Source: Prasinococcaceae sp. CCMP 1430
Taxonomy: Eukaryota; Plantae; Prasinodermophyta
Assembly (NCBI GenBank): GCA_013416795.1
Contig: RQSC01000025.1
Coordinates: 1-64,000 of the forward strand
Direction of reading: 5' to 3'
Length of the DNA: 64,000 bases
A program made the position numbers and the translations under genes. Below are positions 33,562-45,492 of the stretch, piece by piece. Each line of letters begins with the position of its first letter. The first letter of the stretch is position 1. Under the pieces are notes generated by a model. It was given only the letters and a program-made list of their open reading frames with translations, was not told where the DNA came from and did no database searches.

Positions 33562-34911
33562 TCACGCGTTGTCCACCCTTGGCCTCTTCGCAGCCGGCTG
33601 CGCCGTGGCATCCTCGACGCTCGCGTCGTCCGGGTGCGCGTCTGACGTCGTGGGGCGCTCCGCATGCGAGGAGCCGCGCAACTCGGTCGCACGCATGCCC
33701 ATCATCGGCGATGGTGTGAGGCTTTGGCGGATGTTGAAGCTCGATCCTCGAAACCCCTGCCGCTGCCACGCGTCCAGGGCGCACACGAACCGGCTCATGG
33801 TCGTCGCCGTCACATTCCCGGCCACCAGCTCGTCGCGGTCGTCCTCATCGCGCCCCGCCCCCTTGTCCGCCGATGTGTCCGCCTCCTCCGCCACCGTGCA
33901 CGCCTCCTTCGCGCCACCAGCCCGCTCCGCATCCCCGTCCGCCTCTTCCTCAGCGTCCTCTGGCTCGTCTGGTAGCTGCGGCAGGTCCAGCAGCGTCGGC
34001 TTCTCGGTGCTGGACACGACTGCACCACTCGACTGCAGATTCTCGACGGTGTCCTTCACGTTCCTGATGAGGCGCTGCAGCTGCCGCGTGGCCCAGAAGG
34101 GCTGCTTCTTTATCTTGGCGAGGAACTTGTCTTGTAGCTTGGCCTTGGTGAGCTTGTCGTGCTTTTTGAGGATCTTGACGAGCGCCAGGTAGTTGAGCAT
34201 CGAGTAGTTGTCCAGGAGCACCAGCTCGGCGTGCAGCTCGATGAGCCCACGCTCCGTTTCTGTGTACGCCTCGCGGTTCGCGGCGCGGTTGTTGCTATCG
34301 TCCTCCATGAGCACCTTCGCTTGCGCGGAAAGGTGACCAAGCAGAATGATATAGTCCTCCTCCTGCCGATCGCGCGCGGCGCGGCGAGAGAGCGCGCGCG
34401 TCACGAGGCGTGGGGGCACGGCCATGTCAGCACTTGCGCCGGACTCTTCGCCCGCGCCGGCGGTGCTGACGAGGGCGCGCGTGCGCATCTGACGCGTTCA
34501 CAAGGCGCCCACGCCAACACATGCGCGCCATCGACGCCGCGAGGGTAGCCTGTCCGCGATCCAGTGGCCAGCACAACTCTCGCGCGCACACGGCTGCGCG
34601 GCCGCCGCCCGCACTAGCCCGTGCAGCGCTGCGCGGGGCGAGCCAGCCCAGCGGCAGTGCAAGCCGCGGCGACGGCGGCGCGCACCACGCACTTTGTCGA
34701 CGAAAAACTTGTCCATCTTGTTGACCTCCCCCACGAGCACCTTGCAGAACTCCTCCTCTAGCGCGTGCATCTCCTCAGCGGTGAGGCTCTGGACGCCCTC
34801 GGACTCGAGCCGGCCGAGGATCTTCTTCAGCGACTTGTACGAGAGGAACGCGGCCGACCAGTCGGGATGGACCTCCTCGACGACGGTCACCAGGTGCTTG
34901 CCGAACTTCAT
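33562..34911 (-). CDS. SPX-only protein (phosphate/inositol pyrophosphate sensor); intron 34363-34692
   Basis: MKFGKHL, LSYKSLKK, EVNKMDKFF, LLDNYSMLNYLALVKILKKHDK, QPFW; binding-site Tyr/Lys residues intact. Confidence 0.93.
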
Positions 34912-35217
34912 GACGAATGGCCGGCGTGGGATGTGCAGTGTCGCGCAGCGGCACCGGCGCGCGCCTCCCGCCACTCGGCCCTGCCCCCAACGCCCCCCCC
35001 TCCCGGCTGCCCGCACGCAGGCACGCCCGCGGCCGCCGGCGCGTCGCGGGTCCCCGCGCGCAAACGCGGACGCCCTCACCCGTCTTCTCCCCCCCCCTCC
35101 CTCTCCCTCCGCCTCGCGGCTTCCCCGCGGGGCCGCTCGCGGCAGGCCCGGCTTTGTGCCAGCAGCTCCGGGCGGCACCGACGGCGCGGGAGACGGGTGT
35201 GGCGCCCTTGCCCCCCC

Positions 35218-35231
35218 NNNNNNNNNNNNNN
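35218..35231. other. Assembly gap (14 N)
   Basis: N run upstream of the SPX gene. Confidence 1.
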
Positions 35232-35492
35232 GCCCGCCGCGCGCGCCCGCCGCGCGCGCGCCGCGCGCGCGCGCGAACACTTTTCTTGAACCCTGCATCA
35301 AAACCGTAATCACGTCCGCCGCCGCGCCCCCATCCGCGAGGGGCATCTTTCTCCGCCGGGCGGGGGCATCTTCCATCCGCGCGGGGGTATCTCAGTCAGT
35401 CCCACGCAAAACCTCATCACGCGGGGACCGCACAATGCCTGAGATCAATTATACATGTAATAGCACCACGGGCGACTTGATCATACAACCCC

Positions 35493-35507
35493 AACCCTAA
35501 ATGGGCC
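35493..35507 (+). promoter_or_regulatory. Telo-box-like AACCCTAAA directly followed by site-II-like TGGGCC
   Basis: Sequence match in the SPX/MYB-CC divergent intergenic region; function not shown. Confidence 0.4.
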
Positions 35508-35964
35508 TCATCGCGGCCTGCCGCCGCCCGGACGGACGGTGCGTTTCGACCACGCCGCGCCGCCGCGGTTTGGGGTTGGCGCCGCGACGGACGCAGACCC
35601 TACGTCGCCCCCGCCTCCGCGCGAAACGACGGAACGAAAAACGGAAGGAAAGGAGCTTCGGGGGCGCGGGCGCGGGAGAACGGCGGACGGTGCGCTCTCA
35701 ACTACCCATTCGCACTTGGTATCAGATACGCGGGAGTGCGTACGAAATGCGAGCGAAATGCGTTCCGGGGAACGGGCGCTCGGCGAGCGGGGCGCGCGGG
35801 CGCGCGGCGCACCGCAGGATTCCTCCGCCGAAAAAGCGCGCCTGGAAGATTCCCGGTTGCGGGTCTGTGCGGCTGTTGGCGGATCCGCGCGCGCGCGCGC
35901 GCGGCGCCGCGGGCGAAAGTGCGATTTGATTGGGCGCGCCGCGCGCGCGCGGGCGGGCCGCGCG

Positions 35965-36005
35965 NNNNNNNNNNNNNNNNNNNNNNNNNNNNNNNNNNNN
36001 NNNNN
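35965..36005. other. Assembly gap (41 N)
   Basis: N run upstream of the MYB-CC gene. Confidence 1.
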
Positions 36006-36228
36006 AAGATCGGCGGCGGCGGGCGCACGCCGGAGCCATCGGCGGGCGCGGGGGCGCGTGAAGAACGGTGCAGCGCGCGCACGGCGTGGGCGCTGGCCGG
36101 GCGCGATCTCGTGCGGCAAGCGCTGCCCAACTCCGTCGGGGCGGGCCAGGGGGATCGGAGGACGGCCGACGATGCACACGCTGGATGCGAGGCACAGGTA
36201 GCCAGCGGTCCGTCTGCGACGGCGGTGC

Positions 36229-37992
36229 ATGGCGGCATCTGACAGCGACTCCCTGGATGCTATCCTTGCCCAGTTCCCGCTTGGCGACTGGGACGCGCCC
36301 GTCGAGGCCGATGACGCGCTCCATACCCTGGGCGACGCGCTAGACGACATGCAGCACCCATGGGGCATTCTCAGCGTGGGCGGCGGAGTAGGAGATCTAG
36401 GGGGGATGCAGCAGCAGCCGCCTCAGCCCCAGCAGCACTTGCAGCACTTGCAGCACCACCAGCAGCACCAGGCGTATGCGGGCGGCGCGACGGGCATCGT
36501 GCCGCCGCCGCCGTTGAGCTTTGCTGGCGGTGGCGGGGCGCATGCGTCGCAGCAGCACGGGGGGCTAGAAATCGGACGGGAGGGAGCACATTCGGCAGGG
36601 CAGTCTGCGGCGCACGCGCAGGCGGCGATGCAGCAGGTGACTAGGGGCGTGGCCGTAGCTGCCTCTGTCGGCACCGGCGCGCACGGCAGCCAGCACCCAA
36701 GCACGGCAGCACCTGCTCTGTCGTACGAGGGGCAGCAGACCCAAGCGGCGGTGGCCAGCGCGACCGCCGCTGGGGGGCATCTCAGCCCCGAGCAGGTGCA
36801 GCACCTCAGCGCGCTCCAGTGGCAGATGATGCGCGCGAATTCGCAAGACGCCAGGAGCCCGTACCACGGCGCGTCGCAGGCGTTGCATTCGCCATACAGT
36901 GCCGGTATCCTGTCCGCGCAAGGGGCTCCGCAGGGAGCGTCGCCTGTGGCCGGCGCCGCAGTGGACGGCGTACCGCCGGGCATGTACATGCCTCCCCCGC
37001 AGCGTCCGGGCGAAGCCGGTGCGCACCAGCCAGGCATGCCGGCGCAGCTCGCCCAAGGCGGCGCGAGCAGCCTCGCTGCGCCTCAGCCCATCTCGGGTGT
37101 GGCCGTCGCTCCCGGTGCTGCGCATCAAGATGCCGGCGCCGGTCGTGGCACGCGGCCAGGGCCGACCGCCCAGAAGAAACGCATGCGCTGGACCCCCGAG
37201 CTGCACGAGAAGTTCGTGGAGGTCGTTGGGAAGCTTGGTGGCCCCGACAGCGCGACGCCGAAAGTTATCCTCACCATGATGGGCGCTGAAGGACTGACCA
37301 TCTTCCACGTGAAGAGTCACCTCCAAAAGTACCGCATGAGCGCTCAGGCGAATGGTGGGGCGGGCGGCGGGAAGGCGTCCAAGGGCGGTCAGGGCGGCGC
37401 CGCGGCAAAGGCCACCAAGGCCTCGGGCGGCAGGTCCGGCGGCGCAAGCAGGTCCGGGGCAGCCAAGGACAGGACCGGCAGCAGAGCATCAGGTGCCACT
37501 AAGAGAGGCAGTCGCCGCGCGGCGGCGGCGGCCGACAAACAAGCGAGCACGCCGCCAGAAGCCGCTGCGGCCGCCGCCGCTGCGGCAGCGGCGACCGCCA
37601 CTATCGCGTCAGCGGCGCCTGCTGCTACCTCTGCACCAGAGTCCGGTGACGCGCTGCTGCAGGCTGATCTTGCTGCGACAGATGAGGGCATTCTGGCAAG
37701 CGCACCTGCCCCCACCGTTGCGGACGACGTGAGCGTCGAGGAGGCGCTGAAGCAGCAGATGGAAATGCAGAAGCGCTTGCACGAACAGCTGGAGGCTCAG
37801 CGCCAGCGTACGCTGACGCTTCTGCAGCGCGTCATGGAGGAGAAACGCAACAAGGTGGCTGCTAGCAGCGGTGGTGCGGTCGACGTGGCCGCGGCAGCAG
37901 CAGCAGCAGTAGAAGACATGGATCCCGCGACGGCTGAACTTCTGGCTGCGACCGGAATGGGCAAGTACGTCGAGGAGCTAAAGGACAGGTAG
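36229..37992 (+). CDS. PHR1/PSR1-type MYB-CC (GARP) transcription factor
   Basis: [14 protein letters not shown]...LGG...ATPK...[14 protein letters not shown] and coiled coil [16 protein letters not shown]. Confidence 0.93.
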   Translation: MAASDSDSLDAILAQFPLGDWDAPVEADDALHTLGDALDDMQHPWGILSVGGGVGDLGGMQQQPPQPQQHLQHLQHHQQHQAYAGGATGIVPPPPLSFAGGGGAHASQQHGGLEIGREGAHSAGQSAAHAQAAMQQVTRGVAVAASVGTGAHGSQHPSTAAPALSYEGQQTQAAVASATAAGGHLSPEQVQHLSALQWQMMRANSQDARSPYHGASQALHSPYSAGILSAQGAPQGASPVAGAAVDGVPPGMYMPPPQRPGEAGAHQPGMPAQLAQGGASSLAAPQPISGVAVAPGAAHQDAGAGRGTRPGPTAQKKRMRWTPELHEKFVEVVGKLGGPDSATPKVILTMMGAEGLTIFHVKSHLQKYRMSAQANGGAGGGKASKGGQGGAAAKATKASGGRSGGASRSGAAKDRTGSRASGATKRGSRRAAAAADKQASTPPEAAAAAAAAAAATATIASAAPAATSAPESGDALLQADLAATDEGILASAPAPTVADDVSVEEALKQQMEMQKRLHEQLEAQRQRTLTLLQRVMEEKRNKVAASSGGAVDVAAAAAAAVEDMDPATAELLAATGMGKYVEELKDR

Positions 37993-38789
37993 CACTAGTC
38001 TGGCTGGGCTGCGGCGGCCGATAGCTGGTGGGAGTAATGGTTGCCTCATCATTCCATTCCTCTAGCCATAGAACGGGAGGCGCGTGCCGGCGTGTGCGGC
38101 GGGCGCGCTGCAGGCGGCGGGCCAGGAATCACTGATAGTATGCACGAGGCGTACACACGTGGTCATGTTTGGCAGGCACCCACGCGCTCGGTCACTCGAA
38201 GAGCGCCGCGCTATACATGGCGTTCAGAGACTTACCCGCGTTCACTGTGATGGCGCAGCGGATGGGGTCACCCGCTGGTGGTCGCGCTTGACTGTGTGCT
38301 TTGGTCAATGTCGGCGAGCCGCGCCGCGAGGTGCCTCAAGGCGTCAGCGACATCTACACGGCCTTGCTGTGCTGTGGCGACGGGCGCCCGGCGTTCACGC
38401 GACGCATCCTACCTCAAACATGCGTGCACTTTGTGCGCAACCCTACACCACCTGAGCCTCAGTGTTCATCACATTCCCATTCCGCCGCGGCGGCGCCGCC
38501 GCCAGCGGGCGCGTACTATGGCACGCCCGACAAAACCGTAACCTTTCCACGGGCGGAACAGCATCGAAATCAGTATCACCGAGCGCAGAATTCGAACCCT
38601 AGTATCGGAACGAACCCAAAAGCCGCAGCCGCCGCGTTTTCTGGCGCGTGGCGGGCGCGCGCAGCGGGCGGGCGCGGCTGGGCGGGGGCGCCACACGGCG
38701 CGCTTGCGGCGGGGGTGTTGAGGGGCGAGGGCGGCGTGGGTCAGGGCGCTCTCTTCCTCCCTGAGACAGGGGCCCGCGAAGGGCGAGCG

Positions 38790-39952
38790 ATGGCGTGCGC
38801 GTCTTTCGCGCGGCGCGCGGCGGCGGCGCCCGACGCGCGCCCGCGGCGGCGGCCGCGGCGGCCGGCGGCGGCGCGATCGCGTTCCGCAAGTACCACGGGC
38901 TGGGCAACGACTTCGTGATGATCGACAACCGCCACAGCTCGGAGCCGGTGCTCTCGCCCGAGCAGGCGTCCGCCGCCTGCGACCGCAACTTTGGCATCGG
39001 CGGTGACGGCGTCATCTTTGCGATGCCTGCGCCCGAGGGCTCTGGCGCCGACTTCAAGATGACCATCTACAACGCGGACGGCTCGGAGCCGGAGATGTGC
39101 GGCAACGGGATCAGGTGCTTGGCGAGGTTCCTGTACGACGTTGACGAGGAGAAGTTCAAGGTATGTTTGCGCGGCGCGAGCGGCGCCGGCGAGCGACGCG
39201 GCGCGCGAAAGGGACCCTTTCGAAGGCTTGTGCGCTCGCACATGCGCGACGCCTCGGGCTCGCTCTGACGCGACCGCACTTGCGCCCTCGCGCCTGCACG
39301 CTTCCCTCTCGTCGCTCAGACGGAGGGCAATGGCACCGCTCCGGGAGATTTCTCCGCGGCGCTGCGCTCCCCCTCGGTCTTCACCATCGACACGCTCGCC
39401 GGCCCAATCATCCCGGAGCTCACTGGCGACGACGTGAAGGTCGACATGGGCGAGCCCATCCTCGACGCCCCCACGGTGCCCACCACGCTCGCGCCCAACG
39501 CGGACGGCAATGCGGCTGTCAAGGCCCCCCTCGAAGTCGACGGCGCGACCTGGCAGGTGACGACCGTGTCGATGGGCAACCCCCACGCGGTGATTTTCGG
39601 CACGACAGACCAGGACGTCGCCGACGTCGACGCGCTGGACCTCGCACACTTGGGCCCGCTCTTCGAGAGCAATGCGGTTTTCCCGGCGCGCACGAACACG
39701 GAGTTTGTCGAGGTCGTGCGCCGCGACTACTGCAAGATGCGCGTGTGGGAGCGCGGAGCTGGCCCCACACTGGCGTGCGGCACCGGCGCGTGCGCCACCG
39801 TCGTCGCCGGCGTGCTCGAGGGGCGCCTCGACCGCAAATGCACTGTCGAGCTGCCGGGCGGGCCCCTGCACATCGAGTGGGACGAGGCGACGAACAAAAT
39901 CTTCATGACTGGCGCGGCCTGTGAGTCCTTCCGTGGCGAGAGCACGTTCTGA
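38790..39952 (+). CDS. DAPF: Plastid diaminopimelate epimerase; intron 39161-39319; 5' frame discordance
   Basis: [59 protein letters not shown]. Confidence 0.96.
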
Positions 39953-40088
39953 GGGTAAGAAATCAGGTTTGCGTGCCACGATGGCGGGTGGCCTCGCAGC
40001 CGCGCAGCACCAGGCTTGCTCGGTCGCCTCGCGGAAGGTGCAGAGAGGCGCATATTATACAACAACGCGGCGCGCGCAACGCGCGTCC

Positions 40089-40816
40089 TCAGGCGAGCGG
40101 CTCCACGAGCGCCTCCGCCTCGCCGTCCTCCTCGTCAGCCATCCACGTCAACATGAGCTCGTAGAAGTCAGAGAACGACACGTAGCCAACCCCGTCGGGT
40201 AGCACGGTCAGTCCCTCCGACCTATCGCGACCCATGAGCTCGAGCAGCTCGCCGAGTTCCATCGCGTCGATGCGGCCGTCGTTGTCCATGTCGAATGCCT
40301 GTGCCGTCATTTGGCGTCGCGGGTTTCACACAGGGCCACGCAGCAAGCGCCGTCAGAACGTGCCGGCAGACGCATCGCGCGCGTGTGCGGCTCAGGCGAG
40401 CGAGCGAGTGGCCGGGCGAAAACGCAATCGGCCGCGTTCGCGGCACGCAGAGAGAAACGTGCCTTGAAGGCCTCCATGATGGCCTCGTCAAAAGCCGCGT
40501 CCGCGCCAATCTCGGCCACGGACTCGGTCACCTCCGCCACCGCCTCATTGTAGCTCTGCTCGACGAGCGCCTGCGCTGCTGCGGCGGCCTCCTCCGGCAT
40601 TGGCTCGTCCTCCATACCGAGCATGCCGTCAAGCTCGGCGTTAAGCACCTCGGGGCTCACGATCGCCTCAGCCTCACCACCTTCATCAGCATTATCGCCA
40701 CCGAAGAGCGGCGCCTCCTCCCCCTGGCGTCCGCCGGCCGCACCCGCCTTTGCGGCCACCGTCCGCGGCCGCCGCGCCGCCGCGCGCGGCAACGTACGCA
40801 CCTGCAGGCCTGGCAT
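40089..40816 (-). CDS. Plastid-targeted EF-hand protein; predicted GC-AG intron 40299-40462
   Basis: Transit peptide, acidic linker, AFK|AFDMDNDGRIDAMEL EF loop, second degenerate loop GYVSFSDF. Confidence 0.78.
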
Positions 40817-41305
40817 AACAGCGGCCACCTCGCCACCTCGGCCGCCGCCGCCCGGGGACGCACCCGCTCTGGCGGGCCCGCGCGCGCACCCACACCCCCT
40901 CGCGGCGCCGTCGCGTTTTTTCCCGCAATAATGAGCGCCGCGAAATGCACGTCCGCGGTTCCGCGAGCAGCCGTTTCATTGGCACGCGGCGCGGAGCGGG
41001 CGCGCCGAATTGCAATTGCACCCCCCAACCGGCTTTTTAAAGGTTTGTCGCGAGGTTGTGAGGTCGTTCACGCACTTTTGAAAGAGGCGCGATGTATGTC
41101 ACGAACCCTGATTTTGTGTGCGTTTTTACGTGCGCTGAGGACGCGGCGAGCTGCCCGCGCGCGCGCCGCGCGCGTGTCAGGACGGCGCGCTCGTGCTGGC
41201 GCGAAATGCGTTTTGATGGGGCAAATGGCTAAGAAATCTGTGGCCCACGGCGATCCGCTGCGCGCGCGCGGGGCGGCACGTGCGGCCGCGGGGCGACGGC
41301 GGTAC

Positions 41306-42426
41306 ATGGCAGGCCTGGTATCGCAGCCAGGGAGGAGGGAGGCGTCGCCGCGCGCACCGCGCCGCTGCGCTCCGCGCGCCGCGTCGCCGCTCGCGCGGCG
41401 GGCGAGTACGGCGCGAGCGGCACGTCGTTCTACACGACCACCGAGAAGCAGGACTCGTACGACGACCTCGACACGGTGCTCAACTCCAAGTGCGCGGACG
41501 AGCAGACTCGCGCCGTCATCAAGGAGATGCTGGACGCGTGCGCGGACATCACCGAGGCGCTCCGCTCGGCGCTCGTGACCGTCGAGGGCTCGTCCAACAC
41601 CTTCGGCGACGCGCAGCTCTCCGTCGACGTGATTGCCGACGAGATCATGTGGGACGCCTGCAAGGGCTCGAAGGTCATCGCCTACGGCGCCTCCGAGGAG
41701 GAGCCGGAGGTCAAGCCGTGCAACGTGGCCGACGGCGAGTTCACCGTCTGCTGGGACCCGCTTGACGGCTCGTCCATCGTCGACAACAACTGGGCTGTGG
41801 GCACCATGATCGGCATCTGGCCCTCCACCTCGGGCACCGGTGACGACGGCCTCCTGGGCGCGACTGGCCGCGACCAGGTCACGTCGATGATCGCCCTGTA
41901 CGGCCCGCGCACCACCGTGCTGGTGGGCCTGGACGACGGCGTGTACGAGTTCTCGTACGGCTGCACGCCCGAGGGCTGCCAGCTGGCCGACGGCACGTGG
42001 GCGCCGTGGATCTGCTCGCGCTTCAACATCGAGATCGCCGAGGAGTGCAAGATCTTCGCGCCGGCCAACCTGCGCGCGGCCAAGGAGGTCCCGGGCTACA
42101 AGGCGCTCATCGAGCACTTCATGGACGAGAAGTACACTCTGCGCTACTCGGGCGGCCTCGTGCCGGACGTCTACCAGCAGTTCACCAAGCAGCAGGGCGT
42201 GTTCTGCAACCCCACCTCGGAGGCCTCGCCGGCCAAGCTGCGCCTGGCGTTCGAGGCTGCGCCCTTCGGCTACCTCGTGGAGAAGGCCGGCGGCAAGACC
42301 AGCGACGGCACCACGGGCGGCTCCATCCTCGACGTGCAGATCAACGCTGTCGACCAGCGCACGCCGCTGTGCATTGGCTCGAAGGTCGAGGTCGAGAGGT
42401 TCAACTCGCTGGTGCTTGGCAAGTAA
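41306..42426 (+). CDS. SBP: Sedoheptulose-1,7-bisphosphatase, plastid; 5' frame discordance
   Basis: NTFGDAQLSVD, SEE, WDPLDGSS, LYGPRT, KIFAPANLRA, YTLRYSGGLVPD, KLRLAFEAAP, DQRT. Confidence 0.9.
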
Positions 42427-42570
42427 GCGCGCTGCTCGCTCGCTCCCCGCGCAGCTCAGCTCGTAAGAAGGCCAAACCCTGCAATTTTGACCTCAACTGT
42501 CCGAGACATTTCTCGAGAGAACCGTTTGTGTGTTACAATTCCCGGCCCGCCCTCCCCCCCGCGCAACCGC

Positions 42571-43340
42571 TCAGGTGCACACCTGGCCATCGAGTCCGCC
42601 ACACGCCTCGGCATCGAGCGCCTCTGTCTCCTGCTGCAATCTGTCCTTCTCCGCCTGCACCTTTGCCTCCTCCTCGGCGCGCGCTGCCGCGGCAGCGCGG
42701 CGGTCCGCCTGGCGCTTGCGGTAGGCGGCCTCCTCGCGGTCGAGCGCGTCGACCTCGGCCATCGCCTCGTCGAACGCCGCATCGCCGGCCGCCTCCGCGC
42801 GCGCGACGACTTCGGCGGGGGGCAGGCCCTCTTTCTTGGCCTGTTCCGCGGCCTTCTCTACAGCCAGCTGGCGAAGCGTGTACGCACGCTGCATCGAGCG
42901 TGAGGACGGACTGAGTCAGCGCGCGGCGCCGACCGGGGCGATTGGGGCGAGCGGGCGCGCGAGCGTGCGCGCGCCGCAAGAGCATCGCACACGAACGCAC
43001 CTCCTCACGCGCGAACTGTGCGCGCTTGCGTGCGAGGGCCGCGATCTCGGCGCGCTCGCGCTGCGCCTCCAGCTTCCGCTTCGCCAGGCGCTCTGCCTGC
43101 GTTGGCGGCGGCGGCGGCGGCAGCCCCGCGTCCCGCAGCCGCTCCGCCTCCTGTGCGCGGAGGATGAGGTCTCGGCACGCATCCGTGCGGCACACCTCGA
43201 GCGGATCCTGCGGCGGCGGCGGCGGCGGCGGTACGTAGCCCCTCTCGTAGTCGAAGAAGCCCGCGCGTGCCCCCGGTGGACACGCCACCGCCATCACCGC
43301 CGAGAGCGCAGCGGCCGCCGCGAGCTGCCCGGGCCCCGGC
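42571..43340 (-). CDS. Unknown coiled-coil protein with thylakoid-lumen-type signal (…PGARA|GFF); intron 42889-43000; 5' end incomplete
   Basis: Hydrophobic LAAAAALSAVMAVAC plus A-x-A site; REE|RAYTLRQ joined by GTGCGT...GCTGAC...CAG; E/A/R-rich helices. Confidence 0.55.
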
Positions 43341-43727
43341 CGCGCGCACCCCGCCCCGCCCGGCGTGTGGGGCGCGCGGCCCGCGCCGCCCCCCCGCCCG
43401 AGCGGATAACGCACTGCACGGGACGTACGGTATTTTCAAAAAAAATACAAACCCTACCCCAAATGCCTGCAGGTGCATTCGGGGGACATGTCCCCGCGAT
43501 CGACCTTTGACCTGTCGGCGACCGGTTTGAACTCTGTTCAGAGAGGACGTTCCGTGACGTCAAATCGGTGTGCATCTCAGGACCCCGACGTCAGAATGCA
43601 TTGGGTGGGATGCTGCGTCGCTCGAGGTGGTTGGTGGGTTGGTTGTCGAGGTGTCACAGAGCGCGCGCGCGCCGCGCTGCCGCGGCCGGGCGGCCGCCAA
43701 GCGCGCGGGCACACAGCAGGCGCGCCG

Positions 43728-45161
43728 ATGGCGATCCTGCGAGGCGGCGGCGCCGGCGGCCTGTCGTCGCTGCCGCTGCGCCGCAGGCGGCCGGTGCGGC
43801 AGCTGGGCGCGGCAAGCATGGGTGCGAGGATCGCCATCTGTTGCGCCATCGTGCTCGTCATCTACATGGCGTTCATTGCCGCCATCGCGTCGGTGCGCGC
43901 GCCCGCTGCGGCTGCTCGCGCCGCTGCTGGGCTCGACCTCGAGAAGCGCGCGCGCACCGATGCGGCTGCTGCGAGGGCGAGGATGGCACCGGCCACCGAG
44001 GCCGTGGCGGACCTGCGCACGGTCTCGCGACCCGCGGCGAGCAGAATTCTGGTGGCCACACACGGTCTTGTTGGATGGTTCGATGTGACCGGTGCAGGCG
44101 ATGCCAGCGCCCGCGAGGATGGCGGGCTCCAAGTCCTGCACTCGGGTGAGGGCATCTACTACGGCGTGGTGGCAGCGAGCGCGACGCCGAGCGGCGCGCT
44201 CGAGTCGCTTTGGGTGGTCAGTCGTCCCCACAACGTAGGCGCCAATTCGAACGTAGCAACAGCAAAGACGAATTTCCTGCTGCGCGTCGCTGCGGACGCC
44301 ACGTCGGCCGGCGAGGTGCCCCCGGGCGTGCCAGTTGCGTCGGTCTTCACGCATGACGCGGCCGGCTATGGCGACGACGTGCTCGTGGCGGACACTGCCC
44401 GGGGCGACGTGCTGCGCTACTCTCTTACAGACCTGAACGAGGCTTCCGCTGCGGGGCGCCTCGGTGAGGACGATGCCATCAAGGATCGTCGCGCGGCCAT
44501 GCACCTGTTCACGCGCCGTGACCACATCAACACACTTTTGTCAGGCGACAAGCTCGCACTCGCGCTGCTGCACGCCGGCGGGCCCTCGCGCGCGGCTCTC
44601 TTCGACAAGGAGTGCGCGATCTCGGCGTCCAGTGGCGAGGGGCATAGGGCCTTGCTTGCGCGGGTGAACTCTGGTAGGGCTGGGGCGGGTGGTTCTTCGA
44701 CCGCGCATCCGTGCATCCTGAAGGAATGGCGCACGGTGGGCGTGCAGGCGCATGGCCTGGGCCTGTGGCGCTCCGCCGATGGGACCGAGTGGCTGGTCAC
44801 ATGCGACAGCAAGAATTCGGCCATCGGCCGCACGAACTTGGTAACGGGCGAGCGCGTGGAACTGTGGCGCGACCCGAAGGGCGGCTTCCTCAAGGGGATG
44901 ACGGTGGACGGCGACGTGGCGTACGTGGGCGTCAACGAGAAGTCGCCGCGCGAGTCGCGCGACAACCCCGATCAGAAGGTAGAGATAGCCAAGATTCTTC
45001 TGACAGAGGAGCCCGAGGCGCTCGGCGGCAGCCCGCTGCAATGGCGCAGGCCCTTGGATGGTCGCGGCATGGCCAATAACCTGCAGGTGCCGCTGCTGGG
45101 CGCCTACGCGGACGCTCAAGCCGCGCGCATCGATGCACTCGGGGCGCGAGTCGCCAAGTGA
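43728..45161 (+). CDS. Type II membrane protein with predicted beta-propeller ectodomain
   Basis: Single N-terminal TM (IAICCAIVLVIYMAFIAAIA); blade-like repeats (THD, DHIN, QAHGLGL, FLKGMTVDGDVAYVG). Confidence 0.6.
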   Translation: MAILRGGGAGGLSSLPLRRRRPVRQLGAASMGARIAICCAIVLVIYMAFIAAIASVRAPAAAARAAAGLDLEKRARTDAAAARARMAPATEAVADLRTVSRPAASRILVATHGLVGWFDVTGAGDASAREDGGLQVLHSGEGIYYGVVAASATPSGALESLWVVSRPHNVGANSNVATAKTNFLLRVAADATSAGEVPPGVPVASVFTHDAAGYGDDVLVADTARGDVLRYSLTDLNEASAAGRLGEDDAIKDRRAAMHLFTRRDHINTLLSGDKLALALLHAGGPSRAALFDKECAISASSGEGHRALLARVNSGRAGAGGSSTAHPCILKEWRTVGVQAHGLGLWRSADGTEWLVTCDSKNSAIGRTNLVTGERVELWRDPKGGFLKGMTVDGDVAYVGVNEKSPRESRDNPDQKVEIAKILLTEEPEALGGSPLQWRRPLDGRGMANNLQVPLLGAYADAQAARIDALGARVAK

Positions 45162-45492
45162 TTGCTGTCCTCAGCGGGTGCCGACAAAACGACGGAGTGT
45201 AATCTGAAACCTTCCACCACCCTCAGCGTCGCAAGCGCAGGGGACAACGTGTTGTATCTCGCCGAGCACACATACTCATACTGGCCAGTTAATTAGATAT
45301 CGCGGGTCACTCTGCCGGCGCAAAGCTGCGGTGCACCTCTCTCTCACGCGAGCGCGCGCCCCGGCGACCGAGGATGGCCGGAGAGGCCACCGAGGGGGCG
45401 AACAAGCCACTCCACGAAGACGTCGCGCGTGTCGCCGATTGGCAACACTCCGTCCACCGTGCGCGAGTTAGATCATTAGCTGTAGTCCACGC

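Noticed and set aside
38240-38460. Possible C/D-box snoRNA in the MYB-CC/dapF intergenic region
   Set aside because: Only an imperfect box C (GTGATGG) and a distant CTGA; no terminal stem or identifiable rRNA guide.
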